In this document: positions 20,126-29,043 of the stretch, in pieces
Position numbering within the stretch: the first letter of the stretch is position 1
Layout of the letters: the number at the start of each line of letters is the position of its first letter
Source: an uncultured Verrucomicrobiae bacterium
Lineage (GTDB): Bacteria > Verrucomicrobiota > Verrucomicrobiia > Limisphaerales > JAFGQR01
DNA: 64,000 bases
Assembly (NCBI GenBank): GCA_963788655.1
Contig: CAWBHS010000009.1
Coordinates: forward strand, 1-64,000
Direction: 5' to 3'
Notes under the pieces: model-generated
What the model saw: the letters and a program-made list of their open reading frames with translations, nothing else
What the model was told of the DNA's origin: nothing
Databases searched by the model: none
Made by a program: the position numbers and the translations under genes

Positions 20126-21607
20126 TTAAAAAGCCATGGTGCCTTTGGGCAACTTGATCATAAGGGTGCCGGCAATCGTGTCATGCCAGGATTGTTTTTC
20201 GGGAGTCCAGCCCGCCCAGAAGAAGCCGAGTCCCAGCACCGCAAAGGAGAAGAAGCTGGCGAGACACCGCACCACTGCCACGGCGAGAGTGATTGGCGTG
20301 CCGTTGGTGCGGACAATTTTCAGACCCACCAGAATGCCGCCAATGGTGGTGCTCTTCCAGGCCCAGAAACTGACATGATAAACCACCCACAAGAGCAGAA
20401 ACCATCTCTGCCAGTGCAGCATTCCGCATACGATGCCCACGAGCACCAAGTCCAACAACGTGGCCAGCAATCGCACCCAAAAACCCGCGCGCGGCAGTTG
20501 CACCAATTGCGTCGGGGGTTCGCCGGGAATCGCTGAGGGAATCGCCACGGGAACGGCAGGAGGCGTCGTGGTGCCATCGGATTGCCGTCGGCTACCGGTT
20601 GCCATCGTCTGAATCACGCCGCCAATGCCCAGCGGCAACACCAGAAGCCAGAGCAGGAGGCCGACTATTGGAATCAGGTACAGGAGGCAAAACAACAATC
20701 CTCCGGCCAGCAAGGCCGCGACCGGCGATTGTAGGACTGGCCAACGGAAATAGAGCCCGAGTTGTTGTCCCGCGTAAGAATACACCACGGTCTTGCCCAG
20801 CAGGAAGACCACGACCGCCACACAACCGACGAACGGCAGCAAGAAGATTCCCACGACGGTGACGACCAGCAGGATTACGGCGGGAAGCACCAAGGCCAAG
20901 GCCAGCAGGCCAAAGACAAAGGATTTGCCGGGCTGGGAGCCCACCGTTTCCGCCGAGAGTTGCACTTGCTTCGGAAAGAGGAGGGTGACCAGCAAACAAA
21001 TCAAGATCGTCAATCCGGCCACCGCCCATGACCACGCGTAGGCAGGGGCAAGGGGACGGCCATGCAGAAGCCCGCTGGACAGCCATTGTTGCGGCCACTT
21101 GAGCCACGGCTCCCCCGGGACGCCAGTGCCGGTGATGCCGACCAGTATGTGATCGCCGCCGACCTTGAGATCGGGACTCGCTTCGAGTTCGGTGCCCACG
21201 GCCACGAGACTGCCTTTGACCTCCACGCCGGGGCCCAGTCTTGCTTTGGAAAAGACCAGCACCAAGTCTCCATCCACGAAACCGTCAATTTTGGCGGTGC
21301 CGCCCACGACGATGGTGTCGCGGGTCGTTTCACCTTCCCGAACTACCAAGCCGTTCAGCACCGCGATGCGATCATGGCTCGACCGGTGCCGGGAGCTTTC
21401 GCGAGCGGACTTTTGGGGGGCGGTAGCGGACGTTGCCGGGATACTTCCAGACGCGGGTTCGTCGTCCCGGGATGGTGGTGCAATACGATCACTCGTGTCC
21501 TCACGATTCAATTCGCTTGGGGCTTGAGCTGGTTGACCGTGGATTGTTCCCCCGAGCCAAACGGCCAGGGCCAGACCCCCAACAATGAGGGAAGGGATTC
21601 GTTTCAT
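20126..21607 (-). CDS. Membrane protein with N-terminal beta-helix-like repeats and C-terminal RDD domain
   Basis: VVGGTAKIDGFVDGDLV repeats, multiple TM helices, AGFWVRLLATLLD ... SWHDTIAGT. Confidence 0.85.
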   Translation of the reverse strand: MKRIPSLIVGGLALAVWLGGTIHGQPAQAPSELNREDTSDRIAPPSRDDEPASGSIPATSATAPQKSARESSRHRSSHDRIAVLNGLVVREGETTRDTIVVGGTAKIDGFVDGDLVLVFSKARLGPGVEVKGSLVAVGTELEASPDLKVGGDHILVGITGTGVPGEPWLKWPQQWLSSGLLHGRPLAPAYAWSWAVAGLTILICLLVTLLFPKQVQLSAETVGSQPGKSFVFGLLALALVLPAVILLVVTVVGIFLLPFVGCVAVVVFLLGKTVVYSYAGQQLGLYFRWPVLQSPVAALLAGGLLFCLLYLIPIVGLLLWLLVLPLGIGGVIQTMATGSRRQSDGTTTPPAVPVAIPSAIPGEPPTQLVQLPRAGFWVRLLATLLDLVLVGIVCGMLHWQRWFLLLWVVYHVSFWAWKSTTIGGILVGLKIVRTNGTPITLAVAVVRCLASFFSFAVLGLGFFWAGWTPEKQSWHDTIAGTLMIKLPKGTMAF

Positions 21608-22074
21608 ACGCGATGTCCTTCAGCTTGTTTAACGGCGAAACGGAAGAAGGCACTGCCGACGCCGAGACAGAATAAATAGGCAGCCGCCACAAAGGCCAGC
21701 AGGGCAATCCATGCGGTTTGGGGCAGGCTGCCGGCATAAGTCCAGGCCGCGCCGGCGAGGGTTTGCAGGCTTTGCCCGAACGCATCGAAATTCGGCAGTC
21801 GTTCCGAGAACTGATGGGAGTAAGCGTTCACATTCTGTTCGAGCAACCACCCACTGCCGCCCAGCAATCCGGCCAAGCCCAAACTGAGCGCAAGAAATGC
21901 GGCCTTGGCAGCCAGCGGCCACTGCCACCAAGCCAGTCGCCACCAGGCCCGGGCGCGAGCTTGGATTCGAGCCAGCACTCGAGGCGCCAGCGTGACCGGC
22001 GCCGGCAGGTCGGGCAGATCCCGCAGTTTCCGGTGGAGGTAGGCTTCGAGTTGGGGGTCAGACGGCGGTTTCAT
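21604..22074 (-). CDS. Putative membrane anti-sigma factor
   Basis: Directly follows the ECF sigma; LRDLPDLPAP..LAPRVLARI followed by TM helices. Confidence 0.65.
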   Translation of the reverse strand: MKPPSDPQLEAYLHRKLRDLPDLPAPVTLAPRVLARIQARARAWWRLAWWQWPLAAKAAFLALSLGLAGLLGGSGWLLEQNVNAYSHQFSERLPNFDAFGQSLQTLAGAAWTYAGSLPQTAWIALLAFVAAAYLFCLGVGSAFFRFAVKQAEGHRV

Positions 22075-22076
22075 AA

Positions 22077-22679
22077 TCAGGTTTCTTGGGGTGAATCCTT
22101 TGGATCATCGCGGTCACCAGATAATCCGGTGGGCGCGCCATTTCCCAATTCTCCGGCATGCCGGAGCAATTTGCGGCGCAAGGCCGCCCGCCCGCGGTGG
22201 ATGTCGGTCTTCACCTTGCTCAAGGAGATGCGCATCCGGTCCGCGATGTCCTCGTAACTCAAGTCTTCAAAGTGATATAAGACCAGGGGCACCCGTTGCG
22301 CTTCCGGCAGGGTGTGCAGGGCCGCTTCGAGGAACTGGCGGTCATCCGCGCTGGCGGCGGTTTCTTCGCTCTGGTCGGGGCTGGGCAAGTCTTGTTCGTA
22401 ATTGCGGTCCGAATCCGGAGCGGTCATTTCGGAGAAAAAACGCCAACGGGCCCGATAGCGGGTCAGGTGGTTCAGACACAAATTGCGGGTGACGGTTTTC
22501 AGCCAACCGCCCGCAGTGGGACTTTGGCTCAGGGAGTCAAAGCGTTCGTAGGCCTTGAGAAAGACCTCTTGCGCGATGTCTTCGGCATCGGTCTCACTGC
22601 TCAGCAGGCGTACGGCGGTGCTGTAAACCATGTTTTGGTAGGCACTCATAAACGCCTCAAACTGGCTCGTGTCGGTCAT
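22077..22679 (-). CDS. ECF RNA polymerase sigma factor
   Basis: DAEDIAQEVFLKAY, WLKTVTRNLCLN, LSYEDIA...VKTDIHRGRAAL. Confidence 0.93.
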   Translation of the reverse strand: MTDTSQFEAFMSAYQNMVYSTAVRLLSSETDAEDIAQEVFLKAYERFDSLSQSPTAGGWLKTVTRNLCLNHLTRYRARWRFFSEMTAPDSDRNYEQDLPSPDQSEETAASADDRQFLEAALHTLPEAQRVPLVLYHFEDLSYEDIADRMRISLSKVKTDIHRGRAALRRKLLRHAGELGNGAPTGLSGDRDDPKDSPQET

Positions 22680-22719
22680 CGTTGGCCCTGTTCCAGTGTC
22701 GGGTCATGCTAGGCCAAGC

Positions 22720-22744
22720 ACACTGCTCCGGGAAGAAAAGTTGC
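22720..22744 (-). promoter_or_regulatory. Candidate ECF promoter
   Basis: GCAAC-N16-GTGT about 40 bp upstream of the sigma ATG; same pattern at 44490-44514. Confidence 0.4.
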
Positions 22745-22943
22745 AACAAAACGAGACGCACCTTCAGGAATTGCGCTTTTGCTGTTAAACGGCCAACGCG
22801 GAGTATGCGGCGAGGTCGATTGTCACGCCCGCGGCTTTGAAATTCGCGTCAACGTTTATAGCGTGGAACGCTTGTCCGGCTTCAGTCGCGACTGCGGCAG
22901 GATTGACACACGGGAGCGCGGATGCTACGCGATACGGGCTCCA

Positions 22944-25193
22944 ATGAAAACTGACGAACGCATCATCACCCGGCTGCGCCAGATGCAGAAGGTAACCTTG
23001 CTGCTCGGTCTGCTGGCCGGCCAACTGACCAGTGGTCACGCGCAATCAAAAAGTGCCGCGGCATCGAGCGACGCTATCGCGTTGATTCCCTTCTCGCAGG
23101 TTTGGCGCTACGAGGCATCGGGAAAGGACCTCGGCTCGGCATGGAAAGAAGGCGATTTTGATGACGCTTCCTGGGCTTCCGGATCAGGTCCGTTGGGTTT
23201 TGAGACAACGCCCGAGAAGTTGTCGATGCCCTTGGGGACGGCGTTCAAAAGCAAGGGAGTCATTACTTACTATTTCCGCACGACTTTCAATTTTGCCGCG
23301 GCGCATGTCGGTTTCGATTTGGTGGGCACCAACCTGCTGGATGATGGCGCCGTGTTTTATTTGAATGGCGCGGAGATTTGGCGAAGCCGACTGCCGTCCG
23401 GCTCAATTCAATTCAACACCGCTGCCAGCAGCAAGGTCGATAACGCCAGGTTCACGACCATTTCCGTGCCGACTCTCGCCTTGGTAAACGGCACCAACGT
23501 GTTGGCGGTGGAAGTCCATCAATCGGATAAAGGCAGCTCGGACCTGGTGATGGGAACCAGCCTTTGGGCTCAACCGGTGGTGCCGACCGCCTTGTCCTTC
23601 ATCCGGCAACCGGCGAACCAGACTGTGCGAGAACTTGAGCCGGCCAGTTTGGTGATCGAGGTCAAAGGCAGGGGAGCCTGCTTCCAATGGTTCAGGGACA
23701 ATGCCGCCATTCCCGGTCAAAACCAAGCGCGCCTTACAATTTCACGCGTCCGCCTGGCGGATGCCGGCAGTTACATGGTCGTGGCAAGTAATGCCGTCAA
23801 TTCAGTGACTAGCCGCGCGGCCAAATTGTTGGTCACGCCGGGCCAACCACCAGTAATTGTCCAACCGCCGGCGGATGCAACCGCGGCGATTGGCGAGTCC
23901 GTCTCCCTCAAGGCCGAAGTCGAAGGGGACCAGCCGTTCTATTATCAATGGTTCAAGGACAAAATGCCCCTGCCGGCCGAGACGAATCAAACGCTGACCG
24001 TCACCAGACCGTTCTTGAGCGACTCGGGACAGTATTCTTTGGTCGTCAGCAATCTCTTTGGGCAGACAACCAGCCCTGGTGTCACCTTGACCATCCGCCG
24101 ACATCCTCTCGGCCAACTTGGTTCCGTGGACCGCAACTTCATTCCCAATCCGACCCAGCCGGTCCGAACCCTGGTGGTGCAAGATGGTGGAAACTTGGTG
24201 ATCGGCGGGTCGTTCGAAACGGTGAACCAGGTGCGCCGGAAGTTGCTCGCGCGACTCCAGTCAGACGGTTCGTTGGATACCGGCTTTGCGCCGTCCATTA
24301 AGGGCCTTGCCAGTCCACTCGTCGAAGTGGTGAAGCAACTCGCGGACGGCAAACTGCTGGTGGGCGGAGTGTTTTCCGAAGTGGCGAAAGTGCCGCGTCA
24401 AAGTCTGGCGCGGCTTAATCCGGACGGTTCGTTGGACGCATCGTTCGATCCGGCTCCCGAAAGCCCCCAGTGGGTCCGTGACCTGGCCCTTCAATCCGAT
24501 GGCAAATTAATCGTTGTGGGCGGTAGCGGACCGGGAGATGCGGAATTGGTGCGCTTGCACAACGACGGCAGCCTGGACCAATCGTTTGCCGTGGGAACGG
24601 GGGCCAGTTACTTCACCTCCGTGGCCGTGCAGACGGACGGCAAATTGTTGGTGGGCGGTGTGTTCCGGCAAATCGGTGGCCATGAGCAGCATTATATCGC
24701 TCGCTTTAATCGGGATGGCTCCTTGGATGACAACTTTCTGCCCGGGCGTCGTGGTCCGGACTCCGTGGTCCGCTGCCTCACGGTGAATGCGAACAAGATC
24801 CTAGTGGGTGGCAACTTTACTTCGATCGATGGACTGACGTGCCAGGGTCTGGCGCGGCTCAACCTGGACGGCACATTGGATACTTCATTCACGCCGCCGG
24901 ACATTAGCGGCGGGGCTTTCGGCGTCGATTCCGTTCTCGAACTGGAAGATGGAAAACTGCTGGTGATGGGCGACTTCACCACGGTCGGCGGAGTGGCGCG
25001 AAAAGGCCTTGCCCGGCTGCTCCCGAATGGCGCGTTGGACTCAACGTTCGAGGTTGGGTCTGGTGCCGGCTCGGGCTACGACCGGGTGCGATGCGCGGCG
25101 CTGACCGCCAACGGCGACATCCTCATCGCCGGCCACTTCACTTCTTTCAACGGCGTGCCGCAGCGTTACCTGGCGCGGCTGACCGGCCGCTAA
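22944..25193 (+). CDS. Secreted protein: jelly-roll-like domain, two Ig domains and delta-60-type beta-propeller repeats
   Basis: DDGAVFYLNG...NVLAVEVHQ; FQWF..DAGSY Ig motifs; about 6 repeats of DGKLLVGG.F...LARLN.DGSLD.SF. Confidence 0.85.
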   Translation: MKTDERIITRLRQMQKVTLLLGLLAGQLTSGHAQSKSAAASSDAIALIPFSQVWRYEASGKDLGSAWKEGDFDDASWASGSGPLGFETTPEKLSMPLGTAFKSKGVITYYFRTTFNFAAAHVGFDLVGTNLLDDGAVFYLNGAEIWRSRLPSGSIQFNTAASSKVDNARFTTISVPTLALVNGTNVLAVEVHQSDKGSSDLVMGTSLWAQPVVPTALSFIRQPANQTVRELEPASLVIEVKGRGACFQWFRDNAAIPGQNQARLTISRVRLADAGSYMVVASNAVNSVTSRAAKLLVTPGQPPVIVQPPADATAAIGESVSLKAEVEGDQPFYYQWFKDKMPLPAETNQTLTVTRPFLSDSGQYSLVVSNLFGQTTSPGVTLTIRRHPLGQLGSVDRNFIPNPTQPVRTLVVQDGGNLVIGGSFETVNQVRRKLLARLQSDGSLDTGFAPSIKGLASPLVEVVKQLADGKLLVGGVFSEVAKVPRQSLARLNPDGSLDASFDPAPESPQWVRDLALQSDGKLIVVGGSGPGDAELVRLHNDGSLDQSFAVGTGASYFTSVAVQTDGKLLVGGVFRQIGGHEQHYIARFNRDGSLDDNFLPGRRGPDSVVRCLTVNANKILVGGNFTSIDGLTCQGLARLNLDGTLDTSFTPPDISGGAFGVDSVLELEDGKLLVMGDFTTVGGVARKGLARLLPNGALDSTFEVGSGAGSGYDRVRCAALTANGDILIAGHFTSFNGVPQRYLARLTGR

Positions 25194-25262
25194 CTGTGAG
25201 TGTCAAAGTGAGGCTCCCGTCACGCCCTGTTCACCCTTTATTTTCTGCCAAGCCGTTAGTCT

Positions 25263-26861
25263 TCAGCGTACGACTGGTTCGGTGGCAAGCTGCCGCATTT
25301 GATGCAACACGTCGTAGCGCGCTTGGATGCCATACCACATATCCACGTAGAAGCTGACCATTAACCACCCAGGAATCACCCACCCCAAATCCATGGTCGG
25401 GACGGTTTGCAGCAGTGCTACAAGTCCGGTAAATCCCGCGAGGAGCAACCATGGCAGAAGCATGATTCGCCCTAAGCCGGCCAGGAGCGCCTGGTGGGTT
25501 CGGCGATGGTGGAGCATTGCCCGCAGCACCACCCAGCCCAGCGCCCAAGCATCCAACAGAAAGACGATCAGGTTGGCGACCCAGGCGCCTATCCAGAGGG
25601 TATGCGTGTGACTATTCGTCATGTAATTCCAGCTCGCGGCGAACATCGCGACCTGCAAAATGATCATGACACTGACGGGGCCAGCCAGCAGGTGCCGCAA
25701 CACCAACCAATGGCCCCGCGCCAGTTCTTCGCCGCGCAGTGGGATGGTGAGTAATAATTCGAGTGCCGCAGGGTCCGGATCACGAAAGAAACTCTGGGTG
25801 CTCTCCGTGGCCACCCAAAGTTTGAAATGGAAACAGGTCAAAAAACAAAAGCACAGCCCGCCCGGCCCCACCATGAGTTCAACGTTTAGGGAGTATCCCC
25901 ACCACCAAACGCAAGTCATGAAGACCAAGAAGCCCCAAACATAGCGGCGCACCCAGCGGTCCCGGCCCGAAAGCCAAAGAATCGGATGGACTGCCAATAA
26001 CCGCCGCCGCAAAACAATCCGCTGGACCGGGCGCCCAAAACGCCACTGTCGGCGCCAGGCCCCCCAGCGCCGGCTCCGGAGGGTTGAAGCGGGATCTTTC
26101 CAGGCGCGTCGGGTTTGCCAGGCCGCCAAGCCGAGCAGCAGCCAATTGATTGCGTGCAAGGTCAACACCGAACTCCAAAAGGCTTGCGGCCGATGCAGAA
26201 AACCTCGCTCAAAGAGTTTGAAGCCGGCGTAACCGGGGCTGGGCAGGTAGCACCCGAACGCGATGTAATTCAGGCCCAACTGTTCGAGACTAACCCCCAC
26301 GCCTAAAGGCACAATCGCGATGATGCAGAGTAACAGCAGCACGGTGCCCGCCCGCGCGTTTTGGTCCAGCCGCGTGAAACTGGAAACGCACAAGCCGGCC
26401 ACCAGGGAGAAGAAGAGTGAGTTGACCAACAACAGGACCGCGTTCAGGAACAACATCAACGGCACTCCGCCCATTAACATCGGAATCGCCAACACCGGCA
26501 GCAGGGCCAGCAAACCATAAATGGCGGTCAACGAACTGGCAGCCAGTTTGCCGAGCACTACGTCGTAGCCTTTTAAGTCCGTAAGGAACAACAGCCCCAG
26601 GGTGCCTTCCCGGCGTTCCTTGGAGATCGTAGTGGCCGTGGTTTGCGTGCCGGCCAGCAGCGCCAGGATCAAGGCCAGCCACGTCAGATATTGAAAGACG
26701 CGGAGCCCTTGCGCGGTCTGGGAAATCCAATCCGGCAGCGTCACCGTCATCCAACCCGCCAACAATATGGCCCCGCCGGCGGTCGCCACGCGGCTCCAGT
26801 AGGCCATCGGTCGGCGCGCGGCGATGCGCAGTTCACGCCCTACTATCGGTAAGAAGGTCAT
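25263..26861 (-). CDS. ABC-2-type transporter permease
   Basis: ISKERREGTLGLLFLTDL..VVLGKL with a degenerate second copy (LELLLTIPL); many TM helices. Confidence 0.8.
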   Translation of the reverse strand: MTFLPIVGRELRIAARRPMAYWSRVATAGGAILLAGWMTVTLPDWISQTAQGLRVFQYLTWLALILALLAGTQTTATTISKERREGTLGLLFLTDLKGYDVVLGKLAASSLTAIYGLLALLPVLAIPMLMGGVPLMLFLNAVLLLVNSLFFSLVAGLCVSSFTRLDQNARAGTVLLLLCIIAIVPLGVGVSLEQLGLNYIAFGCYLPSPGYAGFKLFERGFLHRPQAFWSSVLTLHAINWLLLGLAAWQTRRAWKDPASTLRSRRWGAWRRQWRFGRPVQRIVLRRRLLAVHPILWLSGRDRWVRRYVWGFLVFMTCVWWWGYSLNVELMVGPGGLCFCFLTCFHFKLWVATESTQSFFRDPDPAALELLLTIPLRGEELARGHWLVLRHLLAGPVSVMIILQVAMFAASWNYMTNSHTHTLWIGAWVANLIVFLLDAWALGWVVLRAMLHHRRTHQALLAGLGRIMLLPWLLLAGFTGLVALLQTVPTMDLGWVIPGWLMVSFYVDMWYGIQARYDVLHQMRQLATEPVVR

Positions 26862-26932
26862 AGGGATCGGCTGGCGGCACGACGAAAGCCTGCCCCAAGC
26901 CCGCCGGTGATGTCAATGATGGGGACCGTTGC

Positions 26933-27874
26933 TCACCGATTCCGATAGGTTCGGTGGCAGGCGGCGCAGGATTGGGCGCAATGAACAAACGCAGTGTCCA
27001 GCGCCGAATGATCGGCCGGGGTGCCCAGCAGCGCACGCAGGCTTCCCGCCGCGCGCTCGGTCGCCGCAAGCTTCTGCTGAAAATCCTCCGGCCGGCTGGT
27101 CAGATCGCTGACGCGGGGAATTTCGCGGACGAGTTCCCACAATATCGTCGCTTCGTGCTTGGGGGAAACATCAGGATGGCCCGGCGGCGTTTTCCAGCCA
27201 ACCGCTTGTGATTGCTTCAGCCAGGAGAAGTGATCGTCAATGGTCACCATGGTATCGACCAGGGACGAAGTGCGGGCGACTTCCGGGAAGTTGGTGGCTG
27301 ACGCCACTTGCACTGCGGTGGGGGCTTTGAATTCGCGTGCCGAACGGTAAAGGCCCGGGTAATCGTCCGAGGTGCCGGCCTCGCGCAACCACGCCACGGC
27401 CTGGTCCGGGCGCCAATGTTCATCGGCTTCGCAGATGATCGCCACGGCCGTCGGTCCTCGGTGCAAACCGTGATGGCAATGAACATAAAACGGGCCCGGC
27501 TCGACGGTCGTCACTTTGGCCAGTTCCGCGACGCGATTCGCGGGCACGCCGTCGTATCCGAAGGGGAGGTGGACATAGCGCAAACCGAACTGGTGCGCAC
27601 GTTCAACATCGGGCTTGCTGCCGTCCACGCTCACAATCGTCTTTACGCCCAATTTGGCCAGGGCGGCCAAGGCAGCGTCGCTGTCGGGCTGCGAGCCGGA
27701 AAAGATGCGGGGCGTCACGCGGAAGGTGTTGTGGAGGCTGCGAATCTTTATTGGTTTGGCCGGCGGCTGGGGGGTAGTGGACAATTGACTTTTTGGCGCG
27801 GGCGGCGCGTTGAGGAAGGCGCCGATCACCAGGGCCAAGGCAAACAAAGGAATCAGCCGTTGACGTGGATCCAT
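26933..27874 (-). CDS. Exported CX5R phosphatase-fold protein fused to a C-terminal heme c motif
   Basis: Hydrophobic leader, FSGSQP, HCHHGLHRG loop, CAACH close to the C-terminus. Confidence 0.8.
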   Translation of the reverse strand: MDPRQRLIPLFALALVIGAFLNAPPAPKSQLSTTPQPPAKPIKIRSLHNTFRVTPRIFSGSQPDSDAALAALAKLGVKTIVSVDGSKPDVERAHQFGLRYVHLPFGYDGVPANRVAELAKVTTVEPGPFYVHCHHGLHRGPTAVAIICEADEHWRPDQAVAWLREAGTSDDYPGLYRSAREFKAPTAVQVASATNFPEVARTSSLVDTMVTIDDHFSWLKQSQAVGWKTPPGHPDVSPKHEATILWELVREIPRVSDLTSRPEDFQQKLAATERAAGSLRALLGTPADHSALDTAFVHCAQSCAACHRTYRNR

Positions 27875-27935
27875 TGCGGCAATTCTCCAGTCGTTTGGAT
27901 GGTCTGTTTCAAGGCCGAAGAAATCAGCCGTTGTG

Positions 27936-28391
27936 TCAAAAGTGAGGACTGACCCCTTGGCGGCGTTTGTTCAATGCGGCATCCAGCGACCAGGCGCCGG
28001 CGCCTACGATCAGCAGGAACAACGCCCCGAGGGTCATGCAGCAATCGGTGCGGGCTTCGTGCGCCATTTTCCAAAAGCCGGAGTTGAGCAGGATGGGCAG
28101 CTTGGTGCTGTAGAGCGCGACGGCCATGATGGTCAGCAGCGGAATGGCGGCCAGGCGGGTCAGCAATCCCAGCAAAATCAACGTCCCACAGATCACTTCA
28201 AAGCTGCCCACGAACGGACCGAGAAATTCCGGCCAAGGCAACCCAATCTTAGCCAGGCGACCTGCGCCGGCGGTGGCTGGAAACAGGAACTTTTGGAGGC
28301 CTTCAGACAGAAATACGGCGCCAACCATCAAACGGATGAGCAAAACCGCGTGCGGCGCCTTGCTGGCCGTGAGCTTATTGAGGAGGTTCAT
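27936..28391 (-). CDS. DoxX family membrane protein
   Basis: LIRLMVGAVFLSEGLQKF, EVICGTLILLGLLTR, GAGAWSLD. Confidence 0.9.
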   Translation of the reverse strand: MNLLNKLTASKAPHAVLLIRLMVGAVFLSEGLQKFLFPATAGAGRLAKIGLPWPEFLGPFVGSFEVICGTLILLGLLTRLAAIPLLTIMAVALYSTKLPILLNSGFWKMAHEARTDCCMTLGALFLLIVGAGAWSLDAALNKRRQGVSPHF

Positions 28392-28654
28392 GGTGTTCTT
28401 GGAAAAAATAATTGTCCTAACCGCATCCACTCGTTCGTCACAATGTTGAAAGAATACGAAAGCTGAAGTTTAAATCAAGAAAACATGATGAAAACGCAAT
28501 CGGAAAACGGATACCTCTGATCTTTCGCGGCACGGACTGGTATCAAGGATGGATTGGAACTGCCCAACTTAGGTCAACTGGCAACGAATCAAGCGAAGCA
28601 GTTAAGCAAATTGCCAACGGCATGACCAAGTGTTTTCAGAATACGCCTGGAAAG

Positions 28655-28744
28655 ATGAATTACTTGGCCTCGTACTTCCACCTGATTTTCGGAGCGATCA
28701 TGATGGCTATGTCGATCTGGTTGTTTACCTCAACACTAAAATAG
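28655..28744 (+). CDS. Possible 29-aa single-TM small protein (below the ORF-track cut-off)
   Basis: MNYLASYFHLIFGAIMMAMSIWLFTSTLK, preceded by GGAAAG. Confidence 0.3.
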   Translation: MNYLASYFHLIFGAIMMAMSIWLFTSTLK

Positions 28745-29043
28745 ATGCTGACCAGGGCGATGAACCGAACCGCCAACCCGCTTTGCTGTTTGCGTTATTG
28801 TGAGTTTTGTTGCTCATTTTTCCTTTCGTGGCGAGCGCTTACCGGGGAGCGGTCATTTTACGTTGGGGGAGCAAACATGAACAATGGTTGGCCGAACCGA
28901 TCAAGGCACCGAGTGAGCGGCAAGCACGTCAGCTTGAAGTATAAACGCTTTTCCAAGGGAGGCGCACCCGGGACCGCCCGCAAGCGTTCGTCACGGTCCC
29001 TTGCGCTCTCGAACGTCCCGCGTCGCGGCCCGAGACACCCCAC

